A DNA stretch of 64,000 nucleotides, taken from positions 12,462,001 to 12,526,000 of the forward strand of contig JAQFVV010000003.1 of NCBI GenBank assembly GCA_028023455.1, given 5' to 3'. The DNA comes from Epiperipatus broadwayi (lineage: Eukaryota > Animalia > Onychophora). This document shows, piece by piece, positions 38,431 through 53,303 of this stretch; the first letter of the stretch is position 1, and the number at the start of each line of letters is the position of its first letter. Position numbers and translations under genes: made by a program. The notes beneath the pieces are model-generated. The model ran no database searches and was not told the DNA's origin. It saw only the letters and a list, made by a program, of their open reading frames with translations.

Positions 38431-41289
38431 TTATAAAACTCAAATTTCTGAGAAACTAGAATGAATGTATTAAAATTATATCAAGAATTGTCAAATTATC
38501 ACTAATAATGACTTTTATTGCTTAATTGGAGAAACCTTCTGTTTAGTTAACTTCTTTGGATAGAAAAGAATTATCTTGCAGAATTTATAATATATATGTA
38601 AATCAATATTTTAAAAATATATAAATTTACATTGAATAAAAAATAGTCTTTTTAAGAAAAATAATGCTGATTTATTTAAAATATTAATATAATACTGTCT
38701 GATATTAATTAGCAATTGTCCCTTCCTCAAGCCGATTATCATTGAATTCCATAGTAATGACTAAACCTACGTCTGTGATTTGTAATAACAAAAAAGTAGT
38801 TTACAAAGTATTATTCAGTTTATTGATTATTAAATGCAAAATATAAGTTATATTTAATTCTGTTTAATAACTAAATAACCAATAAAATATATGTTTATGT
38901 TACATGTTAAAAAAATAACCTTTCTATAAAGAAACAATAAAAAAATCTTTATCTTAATAAAAAATAATTGAGTGGTTTATTGCTCAGGATACATAAGAAA
39001 TTCAAGCACCAGAAATGACAGAACCATTCTACCACTACACTAAACCATCTAGGGTATTCATCTTAATGATGTGAGTGCTGGAGTTCTAATTTCATAGCTT
39101 GTTAAGATTGAAAAATATGAAATGTTAGAATATAGGGTATTAAAGGAAAGATGATGAATAGCAAACATCAGTGATAATAATCAAGTATTATCCCTATTGC
39201 CTAGATATATAAACATACCAGCAAAATAACAATTAAATTATTATGCACAATTAGTAGATTTAACATTAAGTTAAATAACCTAATACTATTTTCTACTAAA
39301 ATTCAACTTTAATTCACTTAATCATTTTTTTGACAAAAGAAACTTAAAAAAAAAACAACTAACACATGAATATATTATTCACAGAACAATAAATCCAAAA
39401 CACTGATTATTAGGATTAAAGACCAAAGAATTCCATATTTGAGCAATCTGAGAAGAAAAGCATAATTATATTGAATAATACAATGTATATTGAGATAAAC
39501 AATAGTTGATGTTAAGAAGGTTAAAATGAAAGTAAAAAATGATAGGATGAATCAATAGATGTAGAAGATATGTGCAAACCCTGATCTATGCTGAACAAAT
39601 ATTAATTAATTATGATCTGAAAGTGTGAGACGATTTGACATTTTATTTGAAATTAATGTTGGATTAGTTTAATTGTAAAATGTTTTCAGAAAAATTCCAA
39701 TTTTATTTATATTTTTCCAAATATAATATATTTAACTTTTAGTAATAACACAGATGAATGTATTTTAAAAAAATGTTTGAAATTTTCTAAAAACATCTAA
39801 TAACTAATGTAAATGATGGAAATTAGGCAACATATAATAAAAAGTATTAATTAATTGTACTATTCTATCTTTAATTGAAATATATTTAATCCTAAAAACT
39901 TTTCCAATAAGCCCTCAAAGTTAAATATAGCTTTTTCCTATAAAGAGACAAACTTTTATCCAATCAACAATTTAAATATTAAGCTGGTAAAAAATAACAT
40001 ACAATATTAAAAAAATTCATGATAGCAATCATTGTTCAAACATTCAGAGAACATTATATTCTCAAACTTTAGTATTTAGCAAGTTTAATCTATTCTGAGA
40101 AATTCAAAGCAGAGATTGTATTAAAAAGGCAAGAAATATGAAAATAAAATTATAATAGGAAAAAACACATTTAAAAATCAAGCAGAAGTTTGTAATACAA
40201 TATTCATAAGTTTTCCTTTTTTTTACTTCTTAATTTTCATTATCAATCACAATATTAAAGATAGTTAAATCTATATCTTTTCCTAATCTTATTTTTCTAA
40301 TTACAAATTTAACATGAATAAACAGTAATTAATTAGATGTATAATTAAGTATTCTTTATAATGCCCATTGCAAAATAAGATCTAATTTATTATAAGTAAA
40401 CTATAAAATTAAAGCACATGTGATTGGAGTAATTCTTCATCAGCTGCTATGTTTTCAACATCACAGTGTAAATAAATAAAATTCTATGTATATAAAACAG
40501 ATGATGTATAGTTTATTTGAAAGCTAAAAAATATAAACACACTATTATTTAATGTCATTTTTTCTTCAAGCAGTAAAAAACCATATATATATATTTCTGC
40601 CTGACCTGATTATATACACATGCTGTATTTCAGGGCTGATACTCCAAATGAAATAGGTGCCTAGAGCACAGTATTGATATTTAAATTTTAGATTATAGAT
40701 TTATACAAAATAGATATTTTTACAAAAGATAAACAATTATGAGCTTTCATTTTTTCTACAAAATATTTGTTTTAAAAATTGAAGTAGTTAGGGTTTTTTT
40801 ATCACAAAATTCTAACTGCTCCTATTTTGTGGTCAGTGCTGTTGAACATGTAACAGTTGATAAAGATTATTCTAAAACTGCCTTAATATTTATCATTTAC
40901 TTTTAAAATTCTATTTTTCAGTGAGTTTCATAGAAGGTAATTCATGCCCTGTAAAGTGTGTGCAGCCCATTGAACTCCTCAGTTCTTACATTGTTTATTT
41001 TTAATTTGACAGATAAGAAAAATAAATTTAATTTCTGAGAACATACAATAATTTATGTTTATCATAATTAAAGGTTTCTGGTATTTCAGAGTCATTTCAT
41101 TTATCTGAATAACTAAGCAAGAACTTTTTTTATGAGAATATCTCATTAAAAAACAAAAAATACTGTATATTATTTAAAAAACTAGTAATTGCCATAAACT
41201 AGCAATAAAAAAATTACACTGTAATAATATAAAAGACTTACTAATGTTTATAAAATATTGAGATGGTAAAATATACCATGTTTAAAAAA

Positions 41290-41660
41290 TGAAAGGCAAT
41301 GATAAATGATAATCATTGACAATCAAATGTTATCATTTGGTCATAATCTCTATTGTTTATTAATCTTTGTCTGCCTTCAAGAAGAGAATTTATCATCATT
41401 AATTATCTAATAAAGCACATAAGATACACCAATTTGATAAAAAAAAATTTCCCTGTCCTTTTTCCCTCTTGCCAGATTCAGATCCTTCCAACATATTTTT
41501 CATATTTTTTTTACCTGACAAAAATACACTTAATCCAATTCAATTCCATTTCATAATTTCCCTGATAAATGATCTATTTCAATAACTCTCTTCACAATGG
41601 CTAACTCTGTCCATCCAAGATATTCTTCTCATTTACACAAATATTTACTTATAAAATACA
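41290..41660 (-). mobile_element. RTE-like LINE 3' fragment
   Basis: Minus translation MLEGSESGKREKGQG (~41450-41500) resembles the LEG...GKRxRGR motif. Confidence 0.55.
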
Positions 41661-42052
41661 AAGTTTATTGCTAACTTTATTGTTAAATGAATGGAAATTA
41701 TGATCAAGTAGGACAAAGGAAAAATCAGGAATAAAATGAAACAGAATTCTATAAGTATAGAGATGAACACTATAAAAATACTCGGATAGAGCAAATCAAA
41801 TATAGTGATTAACTTTCAAATATAGTGATTAATTTCAAAAGTAAGATATTCTTCACATTTACACAAATATTTACTTATAAAATACAAAGTTTATTGCTAA
41901 CTTTACTGTTAAATGAATGGAAATTATGATCAAGTAGGACAAAGGAAAAATCAGGAATAAAATGAAACAAAATTCTATAAGTATAGAGACGAACAATATA
42001 AAAATACTCGGATAGAGCAAATCAAATATAGTGATTAATTTCAAAAGTAAGA
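41617..42052 (+). repeat. Young tandem duplication (226 bp + 206 bp units)
   Basis: Near-identical units start aagatattctt at 41617 and 41843. Unit 1 has an internal ~20-bp duplication, and AAGA is shared at the junction. Confidence 0.95.
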
Positions 42053-42504
42053 GGAATTAATGAAAATTTTAAAAAATAATGATAAATAGTATATATATAA
42101 ACGATAGAACAGTAGTGTGAAAGAAATACAAGAGAAGAAATAAAAGATAGACTAGTAATTAGCCAAATATACAATTTTGGATAAATAAACTCTAATAAGC
42201 TAAGAGTAGAAGATGAGTTTCATTTCAATTATGAGAACAATGTTTAATAAAAGATAAGAAATTGAAAAGGAAACAAATATTTTTTTAGCACTAAATATAA
42301 AACCAAGTTTATGGGCAGATAAAATATTTATTATTAATAAATCTTAGTGCAAAGATTTATAAAGTGATTTCTTTTAATCTATAAACTAAATTTAGTGATG
42401 TAGCTCAGTCTTTATTACATTTATTCACTCGTCTTTATACTAAATATACATGCAAATAGCATTAAAAATCAATGGACCCAAATGATACTGCTAACTAGAA
42501 TATC

Positions 42505-42850
42505 TACTAAGACAATAAAGCCAATTATTCAAGGCTTTAATATGTTTATAAATGTGATAACAATCAATGCTTAAGCAATTAACAATCTCAACTTATAGTC
42601 AAGGCAACTACCTTAAACAATGGTCATACCACCTTTATCGATAGTCTGATATGTTTATATAGACACGGCCTAATTAATGAGGTTTGTTTAAATTTCTTTG
42701 CATTATTAATCTCACACCCTTTGGTCAAGATGCAATCTTTAATGTCTGTATATACATATTAGATCATAGATAAAAGTGGTATCACTTTTTCTGTTTAAGG
42801 AGATTCCCTTGACTACAAGTTGAGATTGTTCATTGCTTAAGTGTCAATTA
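42505..42850. mobile_element. Long-hairpin MITE family, copy 1 (arms ~95 bp); other copies at ~44905-45110 and ~45230-45815
   Basis: The outer 35 bp of the arms (42570-42604 and 42807-42841) are 33/35 complementary, and pairing continues to ~42664/42744. Confidence 0.8.
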
Positions 42851-45392
42851 TTATCAAATAGAATATAATAATTACAGTAGTCATCTTTATTTTTACACTA
42901 TTCAAGCTAACAATTTGAAAATTTCATCAGTTTAAGGTTTTAGATCCAAAGGATAGTATATACTAAAACAAAACTTCACATGCTTTCTAGATTATATTTA
43001 GCATGTGTGTTGGCTATAATAATTCTCTCTACATCATTCTACTCTATAGCCATAGAGAGCATGAGTAATCTGAAAATCCAAGATTCTAGTGCCAGCCAAA
43101 TCCACATTTTGATTTCTGGCTATTGGCCTAATGTAAGATTTCACTGGATTGTACATATCTATTTACCAGTCATTTTTACTTCTTTAATATTATTCAAGAT
43201 AATGATGCGGCATCAAAGACTGATATCTTTCCTCTATATGTAGCAATTACTTTATTTTTGCATGATCTTTACTGCATTAATTATAATTTGCAACTTGATA
43301 TACTTATCATGCTTGTTTTCAAATACAATTTGTAATTTATACCTTTCACATGTTTGCTCGCAAATTATTTAATACATTTACCATCTGAAATTTAAAACAG
43401 AGAATAAATAAATAAAAAAGACTATGAAAAGATGAAAATTATTATTAAATATATTACTATTTTATATCACAATTTAAGGGCAAATACTCTATACAATAAT
43501 CATTTATGTAGGCATAATTAAAGAATGGATACCATAAGATAATGCTAAACAGATCTCCAGACAAGTTTCTGGATAATGACTCTTAAACTGAACAGCATAA
43601 CAGGAAAAAAAGTGGCATCTGAATGGATATAGAACAGATAAAATTCCTGTATTGAGGACATCCAGTAACCAGAAACTAACCTGAGAAACTATTTTGTATT
43701 ATAGATGTTTATCTATTGAATATACAATCTTCTAATAATATAATGCAAAGTGGATTAATTACTACTGCTTGTAAGACTAGATTATATGTAAGCTCTAATA
43801 ATCTGTGTTATTTTGGTGTATAAACTTATGAATGTTAAATATAATGATAATCAAAATTATGAATAAATTCTGTTTTAAATTCAGTTTTCTGAAAAGTTTA
43901 TTTCTGAATATATGTCTCTGAAATAATTGTTTTTAAATTTTGTTCATCATTCACTGTCAAGAGTTATTTTATCAAGCTATTGAAATTCAAAAATGAAGCT
44001 ACTGATAAATTAATATAAATAAAAGATAAGAACTGAGGCAAGAATAAAGAATAATACATAAAGAAAACAATTTGATATGACAATATACAATGAAAGTTAA
44101 AACATTAAACTACAAAGACAAGCAATACTAGTTAAAATAAAAAAATAAAAGATAAAAATAAGTAGAAATTAAGAATCTTAAATAATAGAAATTTATATAT
44201 ATATATTAAATGCTTTAATTTACTGTGCACTAAAATGATAAAAAAAATAATTGTTTCTTCAAACATAGGGGGGAGGGATGGACAGAAATTAATTAAGTCA
44301 ATCCTTGTTATAAAAAATAGACATTGATTCAATTAATTTCTGGACTCCCTCTCCAATGCTTTCATTTCAAGTTAAATCTAAAAAACCCAATTATGCTAAC
44401 AACTTTTTTTTTAGTGCATGGTAATGTAAAATAAAAAAATTATATTATTTTTAACTTTTTAGTATTGGCACAGTAAACAAAAATTAAAACTATATTGTAC
44501 TTTAAATTGATTGAACATTTATAATTGATATATATATATGCCACTAGATATTTCTGCCATAAGTTAAAATGTATATCCCTTATGTATATTATATTTAGTA
44601 TGTGTACATAATAATATATATGTGTATATAAATGATTCAAAATATGAAATATTCTTTTAAGTAAAAAGGATTTGACATTTTTACTTTTGATTATAAATTT
44701 TTATTTTTAAAAAAAAAAAATGCTTACCAAAACTATTTTGTAAATGAACTTCACTTAATACATATAATTTTATTTTAAATCAATTTCACACATACAGTGT
44801 ATATATGTATCATTGGATATTTCTGCAATAAGTTAATATGTATAATCCTTATGTAAATATTTAGTATATATACATAACTATATATCATTATATATGATAT
44901 TAAAACAATAAAGACAATTACTTAAGGCTTTAATAGATTTATAAATTAGATAACAATCAACCTGTAGTCAAGACAATGTCTTTTAATAATAAAGGTGGTG
45001 CCCTTTATCTATGGTCTGATATGTTTATATAGACATTAAAGATTGCAACTTAACCAAGGAGTGTGAGATTTAATAATATGCCAAAAAGTTTAAACAAACC
45101 TCATCAGGCAAATATAACCTGTTTTGAAAGCAGACTAATAAAGTCAATTGTAACTTCCAGATTCTGAAAGCAGACTAATAAATAAGTTATTTATAACTTC
45201 CAAATTCCATATAAAGTATATATTTCCTAAGACAATAAAGCCAATTGCTCAAGGCTTTAATAGGTTTATAAATGTAAATGATAACAATCAACACTTACAC
45301 TATCAATAATCTCAACTTATAGTTGCATTATTATTAATTTCACAGTCCTTGGTCAAGTTGCAATCTTTAGTGTATATATAAACATATTAGAC

Positions 45393-45752
45393 CAGGGGTC
45401 CCCAACCTTTTTGCACTTAAGAGCACATTCTTTAATACCGGTCAGATGGCGGGCACCATTTATTTTTTCAACCAGGTGGTGCGCACTATTTATTTTTTCA
45501 ATGTAAATTTATAGTTGGAAATTGTTAATAATACACAATGTACAAAAAAATATTTATTTCAAAAATAAAATTTTAATATATAATTAATGTTTATATTTGT
45601 GTTGTAAAAGTATAGTATGCCCTTTAATTTGATTACAATATAATACAATAATTTATAAGAAATTTAAAAAATTAAATTTATTTGTATCAGATAAATAATT
45701 TTTTATCGTATTCGGATAGTGGCGGGCACATGTAAAATGGTTGGGACCCCTG
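45393..45752. mobile_element. hAT-type MITE (360 bp) with 8-bp TSD TATTAGAC
   Basis: TIRs caggggtccccaacc and ggttgggacccctg. TSD at 45385-45392 and 45753-45760. Subterminal ggcgggcac repeats. Confidence 0.95.
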
Positions 45753-47299
45753 TATTAGACCATAGATAAAGGTGGTTGTCTTGACTACAAATTGAGACTA
45801 TTGATAGCTTAAGGATTGATTATGTTATAATCATATATTTGAAATACCCCATATATAAAATCAGTAATTCTGTTAAAATTGTTTGACATCTTTTTCTTTA
45901 TTAAAACTATATTATAAACAAACCTTCTTATTATTCAAAAGCAATCTCTATACTAGCCTCTCATGGGCCTTACTTAAAACAATGAAAGTTTTAAGAAAAA
46001 TTTTTAAATTTGAAATATTAAAATACTCAATATTTTCCTACCCTTTGTTCCATATCTAAGAAATGCAGATGATATACTGTAAAGATTAGAGTCCACATGG
46101 ATTACCCTAATATTAATTAGTTGTATGCCAATTTTCAAGCAATTCTATTGAATTTAAATGTATTAAACCTCAATTTTTAAATTTCATTCTAACTTTAAAA
46201 AGATCAAAAGTTTACAAACACTAACACCAAACAAACAAACTGATTTTCCAATTTCAATAAAAGCATTTAAAATCCTGTGGAAGAACAATAAAATGACCCA
46301 AAAAATTGTAGACATCAGGCAATATCAAAAATTAAGAATATGATGATACATTTTCTAGAAGACAATTTTTAAACTCATTAACTTCATGGATTTAAAATAC
46401 TATGTTCTTTCCATATAGTTTATAAATAAATTTACAATTTCTTCTCTTTTTCTTGTTTATTTTTTAGTTTATTAAAATACTTTGAATAGTCAGAAAAATT
46501 ATTAGCTGCCTTTCTGAAAATTTTATAAAAGGCACATTATTCTATATCATTAGTATCTCCAAAATGCATCAGTTTTGTCCTTTCTAACAGTTCTCTGGAA
46601 TTGATGTGACAGATAATTATAACCAAAAAATGAACAAGCATTTCTTAACAATCTGGCACTATGAAAAAAATCAATACTGTATTCCTTAAGTTCATGATAT
46701 GAAGGATAACATTTGACAAATAAAATTAGATAAATAGAAATAATAAAGAAAAACAAAATTAAAAGTCAAGATCATAAGAGATAAATTTAAAAAACTGGCA
46801 ATTAAAATTTAATTTATTTGACTTTGAAAGAAGTCAATCAGAAAAAAATTGTAATATTAAATATAGATTCAATAATTAATCACAGAGATACAAAATTTGT
46901 CTATGCTTTTGATTACATATTAGTAAAATTTAAACTATCATTCATGCGTAATATTTATGAAAGAACTGATTGAAAATCAATTAAATATAAAAGTAAAAAT
47001 AATCTTGTATTTATAATATGAGCAAGAATTTATATAAAATTAATCAGTGTGAAACTTTAAACAAAACAATGACATACAATTACATACATACATGCACACA
47101 CACACACTAGAATAATCAATTTTTGAAATTTACCAAGTAATATATTTCCTAATAAAAAATACAAGAGCCTTTCAATAAATAGGTTTCCAGGGTCTTATCC
47201 TATTTCTAGAAATGATGATAATTAATAATCAGAACTTGATCCCAATGCAAATTTTTTTTAAAAAAATATTTGTTTAAAAAAGCACAATACCTATTCAAT

Positions 47300-47880
47300 G
47301 GTTACAATATTTTGGGCATTAATATGTTAAAGATGTAGTGAAGAATTATGAAGATGATTTATTGAAAACTAATATTCATTAGGATTTTTGTAAAGAGGAA
47401 TAGGAAGATGCTTATTCAAAAAATATCTTTTTTTTAAAATCCGGGATTAAAAAACTTTCTAATGCAATTCAGTTTAATCATGCTACAGATGCCAATACAT
47501 ACTTTCAAAAAATTTTGAAACACTGATGCAGCATTGAAAGAAATACTTTATTGTTGAAAGTAACAATATAATAAAGGAATTTAAGATATGGCTATAGCCC
47601 AATTATTGAATTTGTACTTATGTGTGAAAAAAATTGAAAAGATGATGAATGATACCAAAACTAATTTTATAGTTGAGAGTAATTGACAACAACAGTACGG
47701 AAGCTCTCTATAATTTAGCACAACAGCAAAGAAGTAAGTATACTTAATAACCAAAGATTAATAAGCCAGTTCATACCTCATGAAAACCAAAATAAAATTG
47801 CAGTTTGCTAGCTGAAAGGAACTGGTAAGAATAGAATCCACATTAGTGAAAGAATGTTACATGACCTCTTGAACAAAAGA
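47300..47880 (+). mobile_element. Decayed LINE 3' fragment (RTE-like)
   Basis: Only weak resemblance to an RTE C-terminal region. Confidence 0.3.
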
Positions 47881-47989
47881 TCTTTTTTTTTTTAAATTAC
47901 AATAACAAAAAGGAATAATGTTAATAAAATAATATTTGGTATATGAATTTTTTTTAGACATTTTATTAAAAAACATCATTAAAAAACTT

Positions 47990-48890
47990 TTACCAATCAA
48001 TATACATTCATTAGTGGCTTTATTAAATTCTTCAATTCTGCAAATGCATTCATAGATTTGACTCTAAATAACTGTGGCTCGGGTATTGTTGATCACATCT
48101 ACATAAATCAGAAATTGGTAAATTTCATTTTATGAAGCATATTGTGCATAATGATTATAGGCTTAACCTGAATTTTTTGATGAGACTGCTCTATATCCAG
48201 AAAGATCAAAAAAATCCATTTCACTTTTCTGTTGTATCTGGAAAAAGAAATTTGTTTAGAAATTTTCATGAGGTCTATTTTTAAGCATAATTCTTTGGCT
48301 GTTTAAGTGGATTCTTAGTTGAGCAGCTAGAAGGTAAACCTAAATTTTAAGTGGTGAAACTATTATTGAATTAATGGTAAATATGATCAACTTTTTATAC
48401 ATTTCCTGTAAGACAACATCCTTTTTGATATCTATATATGAAAAAACAAAAAGCCAATGCAAGACGTATAAACAGAAACTGATTTAATTTAGTGATATTC
48501 AGAAGTTTAATGTGTGCAGTATCACAATACCAGGTACTTTCAGCTAGCTTTCCATGAAGGTTATTGCTAGAAATTATTTTAGATCAAGCCTTTAATAGAG
48601 GAAAAAATTGTGCAATAATTTAAAGCTACTCCTAGATAGTATGGGGTAGACTTACATTTTACTTTATTTTTTATTTTTTTAGATTGTATTCAAATTATGA
48701 AAACATTTCTTTGTTATTTACATGAAAAGTTGAGAATACTGTCTATGTCAGATTAAGAATGTCCTCTGTTTTTGAAAAAGATTTCCAAAATTAAGAGACT
48801 TTTCTATTTCTAAAAAAAAAAAATTGTTATGAAATCAAAGTAATTTTATCAGTATAGATGGATTTCTGTTTCTGAAAGATTATTGCTAAA
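47990..48890 (-). mobile_element. I-group-like LINE 3' fragment (RNase H / C-terminal Cys-His region)
   Basis: Minus translation LCRCDQQYPSH (~48080-48112). Homologous to ~60500-61170 (atctacataaatcag; atctggaaaaa...atttgtttagaa; ctactcctaR). Confidence 0.55.
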
Positions 48891-48895
48891 TATAT

Positions 48896-49698
48896 TGTTA
48901 GGGGCTTCTCATTAGTATATGTAATTTCTATATGTTTGTTTCTTTGCATAGGGAGTGACATAATAAAAAAAACTATTCTTAACAATTGCTAGCTGTTGTT
49001 TATTTCTTTTCTCATGATGACTTCATTCAAACTTGGAGTTCATTACAATTAGTTTAATCACTCAGTTTGTTTTTACAACTCAGGTCGATAAAACAAATTC
49101 CTTTTAATCTTGTGTGGTTGAAATTCATTCTAGAAATCGAATGTACACATCCATCTTGTTTAGTTCTAAAAATACAGCTATCGAGATATTGACTTCCTCA
49201 TGCAGTCTTTTCAATTATAAAAACGAAAGTGGTATATATGACCTTTGCTTTGTTTTAATTGTGTATTGTGATAGCTTTCATTTCTGTTGTTTGCAGTATT
49301 TGTTTATTGTTGCATGACATACATCAACATAATATCATTAGATAATTATTTATTGGAATTATCTTTTCATTTTCAAGCCTGGTCACTTACCAACATGCTT
49401 GACATTAGGTCATCATCTTTTAGGTTTTATCTTCGTCTATGTCATAATGTCAGGTAGTTAAGGACACTTGTGATTAATCATATTATATATATATATATGA
49501 ATGTATTTCTTTTATTAATGTAGAAATCTAAGAATTTACCTTTCTTTTTTTTTTAAAAAAAAATTTGCTTATCGTGATGATTTGCATATACATATATCTG
49601 TGTTTGACAAGGAGTAACTGTTAATTGAAAATTACTTGATTAGGCTTAGTATGGTGTAATTAGTGCAGATGGGTTGTTGGTTGTAAATCACTCTTACA
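48896..49698 (-). mobile_element. Probable 3' LTR of the Gypsy element
   Basis: The minus-strand PPT aaggaagaggag (~49700-49711) abuts tgtaagag. The other end, tgttaggg at 48896, is preceded by ATAT. The left boundary is tentative. Confidence 0.5.
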
Positions 49699-52600
49699 AC
49701 TCCTCTTCCTTACAGCATTAAAATTTTAATTTATATTTAAAATTTTAACTCATAAGTATGCTGTTGTGCCTCAATGTAAGGCTATTTTTGGATTGGATGA
49801 AGGGTTGTTATACCTATTTCTTGATTGCTTCATTCTTTTTTTACTTATTTGTGGGGTGATCTAGACTTAGGAGCTTTGATAGTTTTAAGGTTGAGGCTTA
49901 ACTGGTAACGTGTCTCTCATAGATGGCACACAGGTTTATTTACTAGCCTTCTTCCTGCTCCTTTTAAAGACTTACTGAATTCATGAACATCTAGCTAAAT
50001 ATCGGAGCATTCATGTATTGGTATGGATTGACTCCTATGTTTAGTTCAGTCTCAAGGTCTCCCAGTGAATGTGTTTGAACATTAACTGGGGAATACTCTC
50101 ATCAAACTTTATATCCCTAGTCATGTATTTTTTTGCACTGATCACCTGTTGTTTTCATTTTTCTTTGATGTGATCCATATTGCCTTTACACTTTGCTTGG
50201 TGCTTACTTTTATTCTTTAGCTGTGTAATTAATTTGATAGGATCATCATGGGCTATTATGAGCAGCCAAAGTAGGGTTTTAAGATGTGGGCATTATACAT
50301 GCCCTGAATCTTTCCTTCCTGGTTTATCTAAAATGCATTGTGACCTGTTTTCTTAATGATGGTATATGATCCTTCACACATATTATAGAATTTATATTTA
50401 TTTTCCTGTGGTCTACTTGAGTATGGAGTTTTTATCAGAACTTTATCTCCAGTCTTAAATTTGTATGGGGACTATCTTGTATTTTGGTTCCTATGATTTG
50501 CCATTACAGTGAGTCACTCATAAGCCTTTAAAATATCCTTTTGCTCATCTATTTTGGGTTGAGTGTCCATAGATTAATATTTTGTGAACAGTACATTCGT
50601 GGTTTGATTAAAGTGTAGTCAGATGGGTGTGAATCCAGTTGATTCATTTACACTCCAATTAATGTAGTCACCCACACATTTCATTTGCTTCACCACCCCT
50701 TATGCTCTCCTTCTAAGTAGGTCCTAAAAAAATCCAAGCTCCCACATGAACATTGGCATGGGTTTGACTGTTGATTCCTAATGGAGGTTAGCACGTTTTA
50801 TTTGAGATTTTTCCACCCATTTTTTCCATTCCTTGGATAGAAAAGAGGTACTATGATCTGTTAAAATGGTCTTAGGCTTTCTATCATCAGGAATTGGAAA
50901 TGTGTTGAATATCTAGTATTGGCTTGGGGTATTGGGTTAGCAGCAACATATTGGAAAAAGCATAGATGACTAACAAGTATTTTTGTCTGTTAAATGGGGG
51001 CAATGGCCCATAATAGTCAATCACTAGGATCTTGTTTGTTCTTTCTGGTAAGATTGATTTGGTAGAATTAATATAGTTCTGGTTTACTGGCTTGACCCTT
51101 AAGCAAATTAGAGTCTTGCAATGATCTCAAGATGTCCTTGTACATTTTTTCCAGTGAAACGAATTTTTTTCAGGGTGTGTTCTGTTTTGTGGGCACCATA
51201 ATGCCCATACAGACAATGCACATACTTTATGAGTGGGTCTCATAAGAATTTAGGTATTACTACCCTCTCCACTCATCGGTATCATGGTTAACTTTGTATA
51301 GTAAGACATGTCTTTCTAACTTAAAACAAATAAGATCTTTTGGAGAATTCAAAATTTTTTAAAACTTTCATGATTGGGTTTAAATCTAGGTCCTTAAATT
51401 GTAATGTAGGCATTATCTACCGATAAGTGATTCTGTTCTGATCTACATAGGTTTCAATTAAGTACATCAGCTACAATGTTCTCGGATCCCTTACAGAATT
51501 GCACTGTGTAACTGAATTTCTGTAACAGCAGACACTATATGACTAGATAACTATTGGTCAGATAGCTGTGATTCAGGAATTCGAGACTTTTGAGGTCAGT
51601 TATCACTATTACCTTCGACCCAAGATGCATCTGCTGAAATTTTTGGAAGACCCACACTATTGCTAGTGCTTCCTTCTTGATAACCATGTAATTTATTTCT
51701 GGCCCCTTCAGAAGCTGAATAAGTAGAGAACTCCAGGTTGGCCATCCCCCTGGATCTGGGATAGTTACTCCTAATCCATAACCGCTACTCTCTGTTTGCA
51801 AAATGAATGGTTTATTAAAATCAGGGAAGGCTAATATTATTTGCTCTAAGAACCCTATTTTAATATTTGCAAATGCCTTGCCCACCTTTCCTAATGAATT
51901 TTTGCAATGGTACCATGTGGTCAGAGAAATTCTTGTAGAAACAATTATAGAAATTGTATAGGGCTAAAAATGATCAAATTTGCTTTCTGTTGATGGGTTT
52001 TGGAAAGTTTTGAATGGCACTGATCTTGTCAGATGAGGTTTTATCACATTGCAACCAATTGTGTGAACTAAAAAGACTACCTGGTTGCAAACTAATGTAC
52101 TCTTCTTGAAGTTGACCTTAATCCCTTTTTGTAGCACTCCTCAAAAAACAGAGTGAGGTGTTGAAGATATTCTTCAATCATGGCAGATGTAATTATTATA
52201 TCATCCACGTGAATGGTTACGATCTGTTTGAGTTCAGGAGATAGTTTTATCTAAACATCTTATTAGACTGGCACCATTATTGATCAATCCAAAAAGCATT
52301 CTATTAAACTGATAAAACCCTTGTGCCAGAAGGCAGTGTATTGGCAATAATCTGTATGGAGTTCAATCTGACAATAGCTGGAGGTTAAATCAAAAGTGGA
52401 AAACACCTTATAACCAAATTTCATGAATAATTTGTGTACAGGAAGTGGGATAGCATCTAAACAAAATAACATCAACCCATCTTTTTTCATAGTTTTAACT
52501 GGGTTACAGTAAGGTGAAGAATGTTTGAAAATGATCCCCTAATCCAACATTTTGTTAACCTGCTTGGATATCTCTTCTCAATACTCATATGGATTAAGGT

Positions 52601-52820
52601 ACAATTTGAACTGGAATGGCTGATCATGGACTAATTTAATGATTTGTTGGAAACCTATTACTCCTGGTATCTTTGAGAAAATACAGTCAACTTCAGGTAG
52701 GTCATATCTTGGAAGCAATGTTCTCCAAGACCCTCATTGTTTATCCTGACTGTCTTATAAGAGAAATCAGTAATGCAAGTGTTCAAGTGTGGTAAGTTTA
52801 CCCCTAGCATGACCTCATGT

Positions 52821-53303
52821 GGGTGGGCAATTGTTTTGGCTCGAGGGCCACAGAGATTGATGGAGGGCCGCATCAGGGGCCACTTTGTAAAAGAGAAGGT
52901 TAGCGGAGGGCCACACCTTTTTTTCATGATGCAATAAACACACTGCTTTATTCCCTGTATTACCAAAGAAATATTTGTTTGTCCATTCTTCATTAAACAC
53001 ATGACATTCATCACCGATTTTTCGGAGGGTTCATGGTTTCACTAAAGTTGGAAATGTATATATTTGGTAATGCAAAGACAAAATTGAAATTAACTAAATC
53101 ATCTGGAAAAGCCCTGCACATAGTATCTACACTGTGCATATGTATTGATGTGGCCATCCTAGTGGAAAATAATAGATGAATCTTCGGTCGTGCACAGGAA
53201 GAAAATCTCAGTTCAAAATGGATTTTCCTTATTGTCTTGGAGGACCGCATAAAAACTCTTAGAGGCCGCATGTGGCCCTTGGGCCGCTATTTGCCCAACC
53301 CTG
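52821..53303. mobile_element. hAT-type MITE inserted in the Gypsy protease region
   Basis: Right TIR ttgcccaaccctg is followed by TATTAGGC. The left TIR gggtgggcaa is clipped. ggcc(g)c subterminal repeats are present, and removing the MITE restores the host frame ...GLI/HEVMLG. Confidence 0.88.

Noticed and set aside
42980-43243. Hydrophobic 87-aa ORF as a small secreted or membrane protein
   Set aside because: I/L/F/Y-rich ORFs of this size are expected by chance in AT-rich DNA. The same applies to most 60-90 aa ORFs in the track.
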